Of a stretch of DNA of 31,111 nt, positions 1 through 8,243 are shown one piece after another; within the stretch, counting starts at the first letter, position 1, and each line of letters starts with the position of its first letter. Origin of the DNA: an uncultured Burkholderiales bacterium (GTDB taxonomy: Bacteria > Pseudomonadota > Gammaproteobacteria > Burkholderiales > JALYOK01); NCBI GenBank assembly GCA_964539965.1, contig CAZILI010000003.1, positions 1-31,111 on the forward strand. Reading direction: 5' to 3'. The notes beneath the pieces are model-generated. The model was given only the letters and a program-made list of their open reading frames with translations. It was not told the origin of the DNA and made no database searches. A program made the position numbers and the translations under genes.

Positions 1-1
1 G

Positions 2-379
2 GGTTCGGTCGTGCAATTGATGCCTAACGAAGTCATGATCAAGCAGCAGAAGGGGTTCAGTCCGCCAACCCGAGACTGGGAGTTCTTCTGGATCGACGTT
101 GACAAGAGCGGCTCCAAGATATTCACTCGGGGCTTTGCCGAGGTGAACAACCGCTTCGGATTGAATTGCTTCACCTGTCACGTCAAAGCCCGACCGGAAC
201 ACGACTTCATCTGTGAGACCGAGCACGGCTGCGACCCCATACCGGTGACGAAGGCGATGTTTGGCGCGTTGCAGCGGACCGATCCGCGCTGCAAGGGTTC
301 CGATCAGGTAAGCGCCGAAGACTCTGAGGCGCTGAAACAACTCGGCGAAATCGTAAAGGCATTGACCGAGAAGAAGTGA
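2..379 (+). CDS. Cytochrome P460-family c-type heme protein, 5'-truncated by the window edge
   Basis: Frame is open from base 2 (GSVVQLMPNEVMIKQQKGF...). It has DWEFF, a single CxxCH (CFTCH) late in the domain and the VMIK segment typical of P460-like proteins. Confidence 0.65.
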   Translation, partial: GSVVQLMPNEVMIKQQKGFSPPTRDWEFFWIDVDKSGSKIFTRGFAEVNNRFGLNCFTCHVKARPEHDFICETEHGCDPIPVTKAMFGALQRTDPRCKGSDQVSAEDSEALKQLGEIVKALTEKK

Positions 380-428
380 ACACACCCATCGATGCGGCGC
401 TCGACATTCCTAAGAGGGAGATGCCAAA

Positions 429-755
429 ATGCCTGCTAGTCTGTCGCTTGATCACCTCAACCTGCCGGCTCGCGATCCCGAGGGACTGGCGCAGTGGTAT
501 GCGCGCACCTTCGGCCTGACTGCGGACGCGCATCGCGTTCGTGGCGAGAGTGTGCTGATTGCCTTTCAATCGGGCGAGCCGATCGACCGTTCGCCCGAGT
601 TGCATGTCGGGCTGCGCGTTCCCTCACTAGCCGATCTGGCCAAGTGGGCGGAGAAGTTCGGCGCTCAGGTGACGATGGGCGCCGAGTTCAACTCCTTTCG
701 CACCAGCGATCCCGAGGGTAACTGCATCGAACTGTATTGTAGGGCACGTGTCTAG
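429..755 (+). CDS. VOC/glyoxalase family protein
   Basis: 108 aa with LDHLNLPARD...WY..TFG, HVGLRV and DPEGNCIEL, the beta-alpha-beta-beta-beta VOC signature. GAGGGAG lies upstream. Confidence 0.85.
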   Translation: MPASLSLDHLNLPARDPEGLAQWYARTFGLTADAHRVRGESVLIAFQSGEPIDRSPELHVGLRVPSLADLAKWAEKFGAQVTMGAEFNSFRTSDPEGNCIELYCRARV

Positions 756-785
756 CCCGCTCGCACATCTGTATTCCGGTCGATA

Positions 786-1625
786 ATGGTCATGCAGATT
801 GTCGACGCGCAGATACATTTGTGGGGCAGCGGGCTGCCGAGCAACCGCGCCCATCGCCAGGTTACGGCGTTTACTACGGCGGAAGCCGTCCGGTTGATGG
901 ACGAAGGCGGTGTGGATGCGGCTGTGATCCACCCGCCGAGTTGGGATCCCGGCGCCACTGAGATGGCGTTCGACGCGGTACGTGACCATCCAGGACGATT
1001 CGCGATCATGGGCTCGCTGCCTCTCGAGCGGGCGGAGTCGCGCGCCCGCATCGCGAGTTGGAGAGATCAGCCGGGGATGCTGGGCCTGCGCTATCTATTT
1101 CTCAACGAGCCGGAGCGGTCTTGGTTGGAGGACGGATCGTTAGACTGGGTGTGGCGTGAGGCAGAGCGCGCTGCTGTTCCCATTGCAGTGCTCGCCACCG
1201 ACTCGCTGCGAGTGATCGGAGCTATTGCCGAGCGGCATCCTGGCCTACGCCTGACCATCGATCATTTGGGTGGGAGGGGGGGCAACACGACATTAAAGGA
1301 CGCCGCCGCTATGACGCATATGCCGGAACTGTTGGCGCTTGCTCGATATCCGAATGTTGCCGTGAAGGCGACCGGTGCGCCTGGTTATTCCAGCGAACCG
1401 TATCCGTTTCCGGCAATGCACGTGTACTTGCGCCAGGTATTCGATGCGTTCGGCCCTCATCGAATGTTTTGGGGAACCGACATCACGAAAATGCCTGTCT
1501 CCTGGCGCCAGTGCATCTCGATGTTCACCGAAGAGCTACCTTGGCTTTCCGCCGAGGACAAGAAGCTCGTGATGGGAGACGCCGTCTGCGCCTGGTGGGG
1601 TTGGGATCGGAGCGCGCGCGTTTGA
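786..1625 (+). CDS. Amidohydrolase family protein (Amidohydro_2 type)
   Basis: IVDAQIHLW, GLR, IDHLG, NVAVK and RMFWGTD motifs; 279 aa. Confidence 0.85.
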   Translation: MVMQIVDAQIHLWGSGLPSNRAHRQVTAFTTAEAVRLMDEGGVDAAVIHPPSWDPGATEMAFDAVRDHPGRFAIMGSLPLERAESRARIASWRDQPGMLGLRYLFLNEPERSWLEDGSLDWVWREAERAAVPIAVLATDSLRVIGAIAERHPGLRLTIDHLGGRGGNTTLKDAAAMTHMPELLALARYPNVAVKATGAPGYSSEPYPFPAMHVYLRQVFDAFGPHRMFWGTDITKMPVSWRQCISMFTEELPWLSAEDKKLVMGDAVCAWWGWDRSARV

Positions 1626-1740
1626 AGCTCTACCGGGCAAGTGGTACAGTTGGCCAAAGAAGCGCGTGACCGAACCCTTTTTTCACAACTAAGTCGACTC
1701 GCGCTGCAGGTACAGGAGTCTGCTCGAGCGGAGGGGCATC

Positions 1741-2337
1741 GTGGTGTGCAAGTCTGGCGAAGCTAACGCCAGTGGGCCGACCGCGCGTCGGTCTACGCTA
1801 AAGATGGCGCTGAGCCTACTCTTTGGGCTCGATCTCGCGCCGAGTGTACGAGCTCAGAACACCGAGCAAAACAGCAACCGGCCACAGCCGGGGGATCAGT
1901 TGGTGTTTGCCGACGGGGAGCGCAAGGGTCAGCCTATCGCCGCGGCGGACCTACAAGTAGACGGGCCTCAAATCCAGGCGTTTCCCATCGACCCGGCGAG
2001 CAAGGTGATTCGCGACGGGTCGCGCCTGAACAAGGTCTTGCTTGTCCGCTGCGACCCGCAGCGACTGAATGAAGAGACGCGCGCCCGTGCGGCCGACGGC
2101 ATTGTCGCCTACTCCGCGGTATGTACGCACCAGGGCTGCGATGTCGGCGCGTGGGACGCCGAAACCAAGACGTTATGGTGCCCTTGTCATGACTCGAAGT
2201 ACGATCCGAGAGAAAGTGGTCGGGTCGTGGGTGGACCCGCTCCCAAGCGTCTTGCTACGCTGCCGCTGAAGATGGTGGACGGCGCGCTGACGGTCGCGGC
2301 GGGGTTCAGCGGCTCAGTGGGTTTTCAGATCCGCTGA
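1741..2337 (+). CDS. Rieske [2Fe-2S] protein with twin-arginine-like signal peptide
   Basis: CTHQGC and CPCHDSKYD boxes, GPAPKRL Pro loop, and N-terminal ARRSTLK followed by a hydrophobic stretch. The GTG start is uncertain. Confidence 0.85.
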   Translation: MVCKSGEANASGPTARRSTLKMALSLLFGLDLAPSVRAQNTEQNSNRPQPGDQLVFADGERKGQPIAAADLQVDGPQIQAFPIDPASKVIRDGSRLNKVLLVRCDPQRLNEETRARAADGIVAYSAVCTHQGCDVGAWDAETKTLWCPCHDSKYDPRESGRVVGGPAPKRLATLPLKMVDGALTVAAGFSGSVGFQIR

Positions 2338-2385
2338 GCATTGTTGTCCAGTAGCTCAGAGCCTTTAAGAGAGGAGGAACTCTGT

Positions 2386-4131
2386 ATGCGCACGAAATGG
2401 AGTAAAGCCAAACTAGTTTTGTTGCTCGGTGCAATCGGCGGCTTGCCGCTGATCGGCCATGCCCAAGTGGCCAACTACAGCCCGGTCACGGATGCGAGAT
2501 TGCAAAACCCTGAGGCAGAGAACTGGCTCATGTATCGCGGCAACTATGCGGGTTGGGGGTATAGCCCGCTGGGCAAGATCGATTCCGGCAATGTCGGCAA
2601 GCTCATTCCCGCCTGGACTTTCGGCACCGGAGTGGGCGAGGGCCACCAGTCGCCGCCGATGGTCAACAACGGGGTGATGTTTGTAACCACTCCTCAAAAT
2701 CAGGTGATAGCGCTCGATGCGCGCAGCGGCGAGGTTCTATGGCAGTACAAGAAGGCACTACCCGAAGACCTGATGCAGTTGCATCCGACCAATCGCGGCG
2801 TCGCGCTGTACGAAGACAAGGTGTATCTCGCGACGGTTGACGCGCACTTGGTCGCCCTCGACGCGAAGACCGGCAAGGTCGTGTGGGATAAGGTGGTCGA
2901 CGATTACAAGAAAGGCTACTACTGCACGTTGGCTCCATTGGTGACCAACGGCAAGGTCATGGTCGGCACCTCGGGGGGCGAGTTGGCCATTCGTGGTTTC
3001 GTGCAAGCTTTCGACGCGAAGAGCGGTGACACGCTTTGGCGCACTTACACCATTCCCGAGCCGGGCCAAAAAGGCTCTGAGACGTGGAGCGGCGAGGCAT
3101 GGAAGACGGGCGGCGGATCGGTGTGGATTCAGGGTACCTTCGACCCGCAGCTGAACCTCGCGTACTGGGGCGTTGGAAATGCGGCTCCTTGGGCTGGAGA
3201 CTTCCATCCCGGCGACAATCTCTATACGACTTCAGTCATCGCACTCGACCCCAATACCGGCGCCATCAAAGCGCACCACCAATACCACTGGAACGACTCG
3301 TGGGACTGGGATGAGGTGACACCGCCGATGTTGATCGACGTCCAGCGCGACGGGAAGACCATAAAGGGTCTCGTCCACCCCGGGCGCAATGGCTATCTGT
3401 GGCTGCTGGAGCGCGCCGCCGACAAGATCTCGTTCGTGGCGGCGAAGCCGTACGTGACTCAGAACGCCTTTAAGAGCATCGACCCCAAGACGGGCCGGCC
3501 CGAGTATGTGCCGGAGCATACCCCGGTCAAGGGCAAGCTGATCGATTTCTGCCCGTCACTGTGGGGGGGCAAGGATTGGCCGCCGGCCGCGTACAACCCC
3601 AAGACGAAGCTGGTCTACATCCCGTCCAACGACAACCACTGCGGTAGCTTGAAGTCCAAGGCCGACGAGCCGATGGTTGCCGGCCAGCTCAAGCTCGGTG
3701 TCGAGATACCCGACATCAAGCTGATCGTCGATCCCGCAACCAAGACGATCGGCAAGTTGCAGGCTTGGGATGTCGCCAAGGGGCAGCGCGTATGGGCGCA
3801 GGATTTCGAGAGCCATAGCTTCGGGCCAGTGCTCACCACCGGCGGCAATCTCGTGTTCCAGGGCGGGACTAACGACCGCTACTTCCGCGCGTTCGACGCG
3901 ACCACGGGCAAGCAACTATGGCAGTTCCGCACCAATTCCGGGGTCACGGCCGTGCCGGCGTCGTACATGGTTGACGGTGTGCAATACATTGCGGTCCAGT
4001 CTGGTTGGGGTGTCGACGCCGAGCGCATGCAAGGCTCCCTCATCGCGGCAGGCTACAAGCGTAAGAACTACGACCCGAACGTGCCCATCCCGCAGGGCGG
4101 CGTGCTTTGGGTTTTTGCTCTAGGGAAGTAA
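2386..4131 (+). CDS. PQQ-dependent dehydrogenase, methanol/ethanol-like family (581 aa, secreted)
   Basis: Start moved to ATG 2386 because of the GAGGAGG RBS at 2371-2377. It has a signal peptide, NWLMY, Trp-docking repeats (GEVLWQY, GKVVWDK, GDTLWRT, GKQLWQF), GGELAIRG, GVGNAAPW, WDWDE and LWGGKDW. Confidence 0.9.
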   Translation: MRTKWSKAKLVLLLGAIGGLPLIGHAQVANYSPVTDARLQNPEAENWLMYRGNYAGWGYSPLGKIDSGNVGKLIPAWTFGTGVGEGHQSPPMVNNGVMFVTTPQNQVIALDARSGEVLWQYKKALPEDLMQLHPTNRGVALYEDKVYLATVDAHLVALDAKTGKVVWDKVVDDYKKGYYCTLAPLVTNGKVMVGTSGGELAIRGFVQAFDAKSGDTLWRTYTIPEPGQKGSETWSGEAWKTGGGSVWIQGTFDPQLNLAYWGVGNAAPWAGDFHPGDNLYTTSVIALDPNTGAIKAHHQYHWNDSWDWDEVTPPMLIDVQRDGKTIKGLVHPGRNGYLWLLERAADKISFVAAKPYVTQNAFKSIDPKTGRPEYVPEHTPVKGKLIDFCPSLWGGKDWPPAAYNPKTKLVYIPSNDNHCGSLKSKADEPMVAGQLKLGVEIPDIKLIVDPATKTIGKLQAWDVAKGQRVWAQDFESHSFGPVLTTGGNLVFQGGTNDRYFRAFDATTGKQLWQFRTNSGVTAVPASYMVDGVQYIAVQSGWGVDAERMQGSLIAAGYKRKNYDPNVPIPQGGVLWVFALGK

Positions 4132-4146
4132 AAGCTACTAAAAGAC

Positions 4147-4187
4147 ACCGGGCCGGCTGCTGCGTGCAGTCGGCCCGGTTTGTTTTT
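4147..4187. terminator. Intrinsic terminator, probably bidirectional, between the convergent PQQ dehydrogenase and CVNH genes
   Basis: Stem accgggccggctgc / gcagtcggcccggt (one G-U pair) with a 5-nt loop. It is followed by ttgttttt on + and by gtctttt on -. Confidence 0.8.
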
Positions 4188-4214
4188 CCGATCAGCCGAA
4201 GGCCCGGCTGCCGC

Positions 4215-5087
4215 TTAGGGCTTGGCCCGTGTAGTCGCGTTGCCACGCTCGCAGGTAAGCCTGCCGCCGTCGTTACGAACTGGGCTTTGACAAGTTTCCG
4301 GATCGGCCAAGAACGTCGGCTGCCAGCGACCGACCGCGGTCATGCAGGTGGCGGATAGCACGTTGCCGTTCAATTCCAGCCCCCGACAGCCCTCGACCTT
4401 CGTGTCGACCGCCACCACCGACTCACCGGAGCAGCGCAGTTCTCCATTGACATTGGCGATACCGCCCCGACAGAGCCGATAGTTGTCCAGGTGGGTTGGC
4501 TGCCACATTCCGGCCGCATTCTTGCAAGTGCTACGTAGGGTAGTCGAGTTCACAAAACTATCACGGCAAGTTGCCAGATAAGAGCCGCGCGGCGGTGTAG
4601 TGCCTTGGTTGCATTGAAGCTGTCCTTCCACGTTGCTGATTTGCCCCAGGCACTGCGTTACGCCGACGAGTTCGGTCTTCCGCCATGTTCCACCCGCGTC
4701 CAAGCAGGTGCCATGCAAGGTATTTCCGCTTACGTAGCTATCACGGCAGCTTTGCGAGTAGGGGCCGAACGGCGCGGGGGCGCCTCGCTCGCAGACCAAC
4801 GTGCCGTTGGAGTTCGCGATGTCTCCGACGCACGCGCGAAAATCCTCCAGCCGGGTCTCGAGAAACTGGCCGCCGCGCGACTTGCAGTTACTTTCCAGCG
4901 TGCGGCCCACGACCCTGCTGTCCTTGCAGTTGAGCAAATAGCTGCCTTGAGGTGGGGATTCCGCCCAGGCCGGCGCGCCGGCGCTCCCTGTTAGCAAGGC
5001 TACGACGCCGACGACAACCCTTCCTTGCCGAGGGCGCTGCAGCGATTGACCAGGCGCCCGATGGGTGTGCTGATACATGCTCACCAT
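4215..5087 (-). CDS. Secreted cyanovirin-N-like (CVNH) repeat protein, putative lectin
   Basis: Hydrophobic signal (VVVGVVALLTGSAGAPAWA) followed by four ~58-aa repeats of GSY..xC.d..v.g.tL..xC....G.w..t.L.....C.g.i.N.nG.L.C. The start could be 5123, 5087 or 5078. Confidence 0.7.
   Translation of the reverse strand: MVSMYQHTHRAPGQSLQRPRQGRVVVGVVALLTGSAGAPAWAESPPQGSYLLNCKDSRVVGRTLESNCKSRGGQFLETRLEDFRACVGDIANSNGTLVCERGAPAPFGPYSQSCRDSYVSGNTLHGTCLDAGGTWRKTELVGVTQCLGQISNVEGQLQCNQGTTPPRGSYLATCRDSFVNSTTLRSTCKNAAGMWQPTHLDNYRLCRGGIANVNGELRCSGESVVAVDTKVEGCRGLELNGNVLSATCMTAVGRWQPTFLADPETCQSPVRNDGGRLTCERGNATTRAKP
4243..4955 (-). repeat. Four tandem protein-level CVNH-like repeats, each with 4 Cys
   Basis: R1 QGSYLLNC..SNGTLVC; R2 FGPYSQSC..VEGQLQC; R3 RGSYLATC..VNGELRC; R4 KVEGC..DGGRLTC. 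Confidence 0.8.
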
Positions 5088-5202
5088 CGTACTCCGCACC
5101 CCGCCGTCGAACAATTCGGGCACGGGTTCGACGTCGAGGCGGCCAGCGTTGTCAAGTTATGTCGCAGGGTGGTGCCAAGGCTAGAGCGACCGCGAGACTA
5201 TG

Positions 5203-5215
5203 CAAGTGATTGATT
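5203..5215 (-). promoter_or_regulatory. IHF-binding site consensus
   Basis: Minus strand reads AATCAA-TCAC-TTG, an exact match to WATCAA-N4-TTR. It lies 30 bp upstream of the sigma54 -24 box. Confidence 0.55.
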
Positions 5216-5244
5216 CGACGTGAGCACGAGCGGCCAGCGGCAGA

Positions 5245-5260
5245 TGGCACATCGCTTGCA
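5245..5260 (+). promoter_or_regulatory. sigma54 (RpoN) -24/-12 promoter
   Basis: TGGCAC-ATCGC-TTGCA matches TGGCAC-N5-TTGCW with exact GG-N10-GC spacing. It is intergenic, 75 bp before ATG 5336, with RBS GAGGAGG at 5322-5328. Confidence 0.8.
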
Positions 5261-5335
5261 CTGTAGTCGCCATCGGGTGGCGGCGCCGACCGAACGATGC
5301 GAAATAGGCGCAACCCATCATGAGGAGGCTCTTAC

Positions 5336-7657
5336 ATGACAACCAGCGAGTTCGAAGCGAGCGTTCTTGCCGAGGAGGAAGCAGTCGGCGAGAGGAGTGT
5401 CTTCACGACCCGGGAGGCTCCGTCTGTCGCACCCAAAGGCAATGACCGGCCAAGCGATTGGCCGGAGGGCGGTCCGATCGATCTGCGTGTCCATGACTTG
5501 CCACATCGCTCTTCGACTACCGAGTGGTGGTACCTCAATTGCCATGTCGCGACTCATGGCGGGAGGCAGCTCTCGTTGTTCGCAAGTTTCTTTCGCATTC
5601 TCCTCGATCAAGGCGCAGCGAGCAGCAAACCCGAGTATGCGCACGCGCTGAGTTGGGCGCTGGTCGACCCGAGCGCCGGGAAGTATTACGCCGATTCGCT
5701 GGTTGATCCATGCGCGCCGGCCGTCGCATTGGAAAAGCTCGAACGCGGCGAATGCGGTTTCGATCCGTTGTTGAAGCGCGCCGCCCAGGATATGTTGCGC
5801 GAGGGAAAGGTCCCGCACCCGGACCGCCTGATGGCAGCAGCCGCGCAGATTAGTCACACCAAGCTCGACTTGGACTTCGGCGGCTGCGGTTTACGTAAGC
5901 TAGAGAACGGCGCTTACGCTCTGAGTCTCACGCGCGATACGGCGGACGCTGCCTGCGAACTCGTGTTCCACCCACTGAGCGCGCCGATACGCCACGGCGA
6001 CGACGGCCTGGTGCGCGGAGCAGCGGGTGAGGGCATGTTCTACTACTTTATTCCGAAATGCCGAGTAGAGGGGCAGATCCGCGTTGAGGCCGAAGCACCG
6101 GTGAAGGTGGCCGGCAGCGGTTGGTACGACCACGAATTCGGTCAATCCCGCAAGGATCAAGAGCAAACGCAAGCTTCGTGGAATTGGATTTCGGTTCAGC
6201 TCGACAACGGCTATCAGATCTCCGCGTACGATCTCTTCGACGACGTTCGCGCGACCGGGCTCGGGCGCTGGGCGATCGTGGTAGATCCACAGGGTCGTCG
6301 CCATAAGAGCGTCAATTTTCGTCTCGAGCCGCTGACGCATTGGATCAGCACGCGTACGTTCGCCGAGTACCCGACTAGTTGGGCACTCGAAATCCCCGAA
6401 GTGGAACTGTCGCTCGAGGTCGAAGCGGCTTTCCCCGCGCAGGAGTTCGTGACCATCATTTCCGAGCCCGCCTTTTGGGAAGGTCGTGTCGGTGTGGTGG
6501 GCGAGATGAGGGGGCGGCCAGTGAAAGGCCTAGGCTTCGTCGAGCGCACGGGATTCGGCGCGCCGCGTGCGTTGCCCCAGCTCTTATCCGCAGCAGGCGA
6601 GCAGACTCGCCGCGCAGTCGGTGCGCTCCTGCCCACCAGGCCGACCGAGGCACAAGCGCGCCGTTTGATCGCCAGCGAGGCGCATCGTCATTACGTCGAA
6701 GACTTGGATCTGGACCAACACGCGCGCACCGTCCTCGCGCCGCTGCGAGAGATGATCGATCGCGGGGGAAAGGCGTGGCGCTCCTTCGCGATGCTCGCTT
6801 GCATCGACGCGGTCGGAGGCGACTCGCAACCCTTCGCCGACTGGGCGGCGTTGCCTGAGCTCGTGCATACCGGCTCGCTTATCGTCGACGACATTGAAGA
6901 CGGTTCGACACTGCGCCGCGGCGGCCCCGCATGCCACGTCATGCATGGCGAGGCGATTGCGATCAACGCCGGAAATGCCGCGTACTTTCTGGGCGAGGCG
7001 TTGCTGCGTGAGAGCCGGTTGGACGGCGAGATGAAACTACGCCTGTACGAGCTGTACTTCGAAGCGCTGCGCGCCGCTCACGCCGGTCAAGCCGCCGATA
7101 TCGACGGGCTGCGCGGCGCCATGCCCGCGGTGGTGGAAAGCGGCGCCGGCGACCTCCTCGAACGCCGCGTGTTGTGCGTGCACCGCCTGAAGTCCGCAGT
7201 GCCGGTTCGCTCCCTGGCGATGATGGGCGCGATCATCGGCAGCGGTACGCCCGAACAAGTCAGACGCATGGGTGACTACTTCGAGAAGGTCGGTCTCGCG
7301 TTCCAGATCATGGACGACGTTCTCAACCTGCGAGGCTTTCCTGAAGGGCTGAAGACCCGGGGAGAAGACATCTTCTGCGGAAAAGTGACCATGCCGATCG
7401 CCAAGGCCATGTCCCGGCTCGGACTACGACGTCGCCGCAAACTGTGGAAGGTTCTCTCAGCCAAGCCGCGCGACGCTGTCACCGTTTCCGGAGTCATCGA
7501 TGAACTGGAAGCTTGCGGTGCCATCTCCGCTTGCGTCGAACAAGCGCGGGAACTTCCGGAGCACGCCTGGCGTGCCTTGGATCCGTTGTTGAAGGACTCG
7601 CGGACCAAACTCATGCTGCGAGCATTCGGCTGGTATGTGTTGGAAAGAAACTACTGA
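5336..7657 (+). CDS. Fusion protein: N-terminal CrtC/AttH lipocalin-like domain + C-terminal trans-isoprenyl diphosphate synthase (GGPPS-like)
   Basis: N half: EWWYLN, MFYYFIP, GWYDHEFG, WNWISVQL, YPTSW, FWEG, GLGFVE. C half: GGKAWR, HTGSLIVDDIED (6887-6901), LRRG, GQAADI, FQIMDDVLNL (7313-7327), GEDIFCGK. Confidence 0.85.
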   Translation: MTTSEFEASVLAEEEAVGERSVFTTREAPSVAPKGNDRPSDWPEGGPIDLRVHDLPHRSSTTEWWYLNCHVATHGGRQLSLFASFFRILLDQGAASSKPEYAHALSWALVDPSAGKYYADSLVDPCAPAVALEKLERGECGFDPLLKRAAQDMLREGKVPHPDRLMAAAAQISHTKLDLDFGGCGLRKLENGAYALSLTRDTADAACELVFHPLSAPIRHGDDGLVRGAAGEGMFYYFIPKCRVEGQIRVEAEAPVKVAGSGWYDHEFGQSRKDQEQTQASWNWISVQLDNGYQISAYDLFDDVRATGLGRWAIVVDPQGRRHKSVNFRLEPLTHWISTRTFAEYPTSWALEIPEVELSLEVEAAFPAQEFVTIISEPAFWEGRVGVVGEMRGRPVKGLGFVERTGFGAPRALPQLLSAAGEQTRRAVGALLPTRPTEAQARRLIASEAHRHYVEDLDLDQHARTVLAPLREMIDRGGKAWRSFAMLACIDAVGGDSQPFADWAALPELVHTGSLIVDDIEDGSTLRRGGPACHVMHGEAIAINAGNAAYFLGEALLRESRLDGEMKLRLYELYFEALRAAHAGQAADIDGLRGAMPAVVESGAGDLLERRVLCVHRLKSAVPVRSLAMMGAIIGSGTPEQVRRMGDYFEKVGLAFQIMDDVLNLRGFPEGLKTRGEDIFCGKVTMPIAKAMSRLGLRRRRKLWKVLSAKPRDAVTVSGVIDELEACGAISACVEQARELPEHAWRALDPLLKDSRTKLMLRAFGWYVLERNY

Positions 7658-7667
7658 AGGAGGAGCT

Positions 7668-8195
7668 ATGTTGGACGGGATATGCCTACAAGACGTCATG
7701 CCGCATTCATCGCCAGTCTTTTTGCCCCAGACGAGAAGCAGGAAGCGCTCGGCCTCCGTGTTTCATGAATCGATCTGCCTGCACACGGAGTACGGTCCGC
7801 AATTCATCGACCTGACCGATCGCGTGAACGAGATCGTCGCGCAGTCCGGCATGTCCTACGGAATGGTGAACATACAAACGCGCCACACCACGACCGCGAT
7901 CGTCATCAACGAAAACGAGCCGCTGCTCCTGGAAGACATGAAGCTCATGCTCGATCGCTTGGCGCCGGCTAGCATGGACTACCAGCACAACAATTTTGCC
8001 ATTCGCACCGTCAACATGGTGCCGGGCGAAGTCGCCAACGGTCACGCGCACTGCCAAGCGTTGCACCTACGCGCCTCCGAGACCGTCAATTTGCTCGACG
8101 GTCGACTGCAACTGGGGCGCTGGCAGCGCATCTTTCTGCTCGAGCTTGACCACGCCAGGGAGAGAACCGTGTCCGTGCTGCTGCTTGGCCAATGA
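7668..8195 (+). CDS. yjbQ: YjbQ/UPF0047 family protein (secondary thiamine-phosphate synthase-like)
   Basis: HTTTAIVINENE, NGHAH and LQLGRWQRIFLLELD motifs. Start set at ATG 7668 after the AGGAGGAG RBS. Confidence 0.8.
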   Translation: MLDGICLQDVMPHSSPVFLPQTRSRKRSASVFHESICLHTEYGPQFIDLTDRVNEIVAQSGMSYGMVNIQTRHTTTAIVINENEPLLLEDMKLMLDRLAPASMDYQHNNFAIRTVNMVPGEVANGHAHCQALHLRASETVNLLDGRLQLGRWQRIFLLELDHARERTVSVLLLGQ

Positions 8196-8243
8196 CCGTG
8201 AGTGGCTTCGTCCGCCACGCCGTTCAACCCCGCCCGTAGCAAA

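Noticed and set aside
2386-4131. Naming the PQQ enzyme xoxF/pedH (lanthanide-dependent) from its D-x-D motif
   Set aside because: Membrane glucose dehydrogenases also have WDxD, and the vicinal Cys-Cys of XoxF/PedH is missing, so the motif is not diagnostic here.
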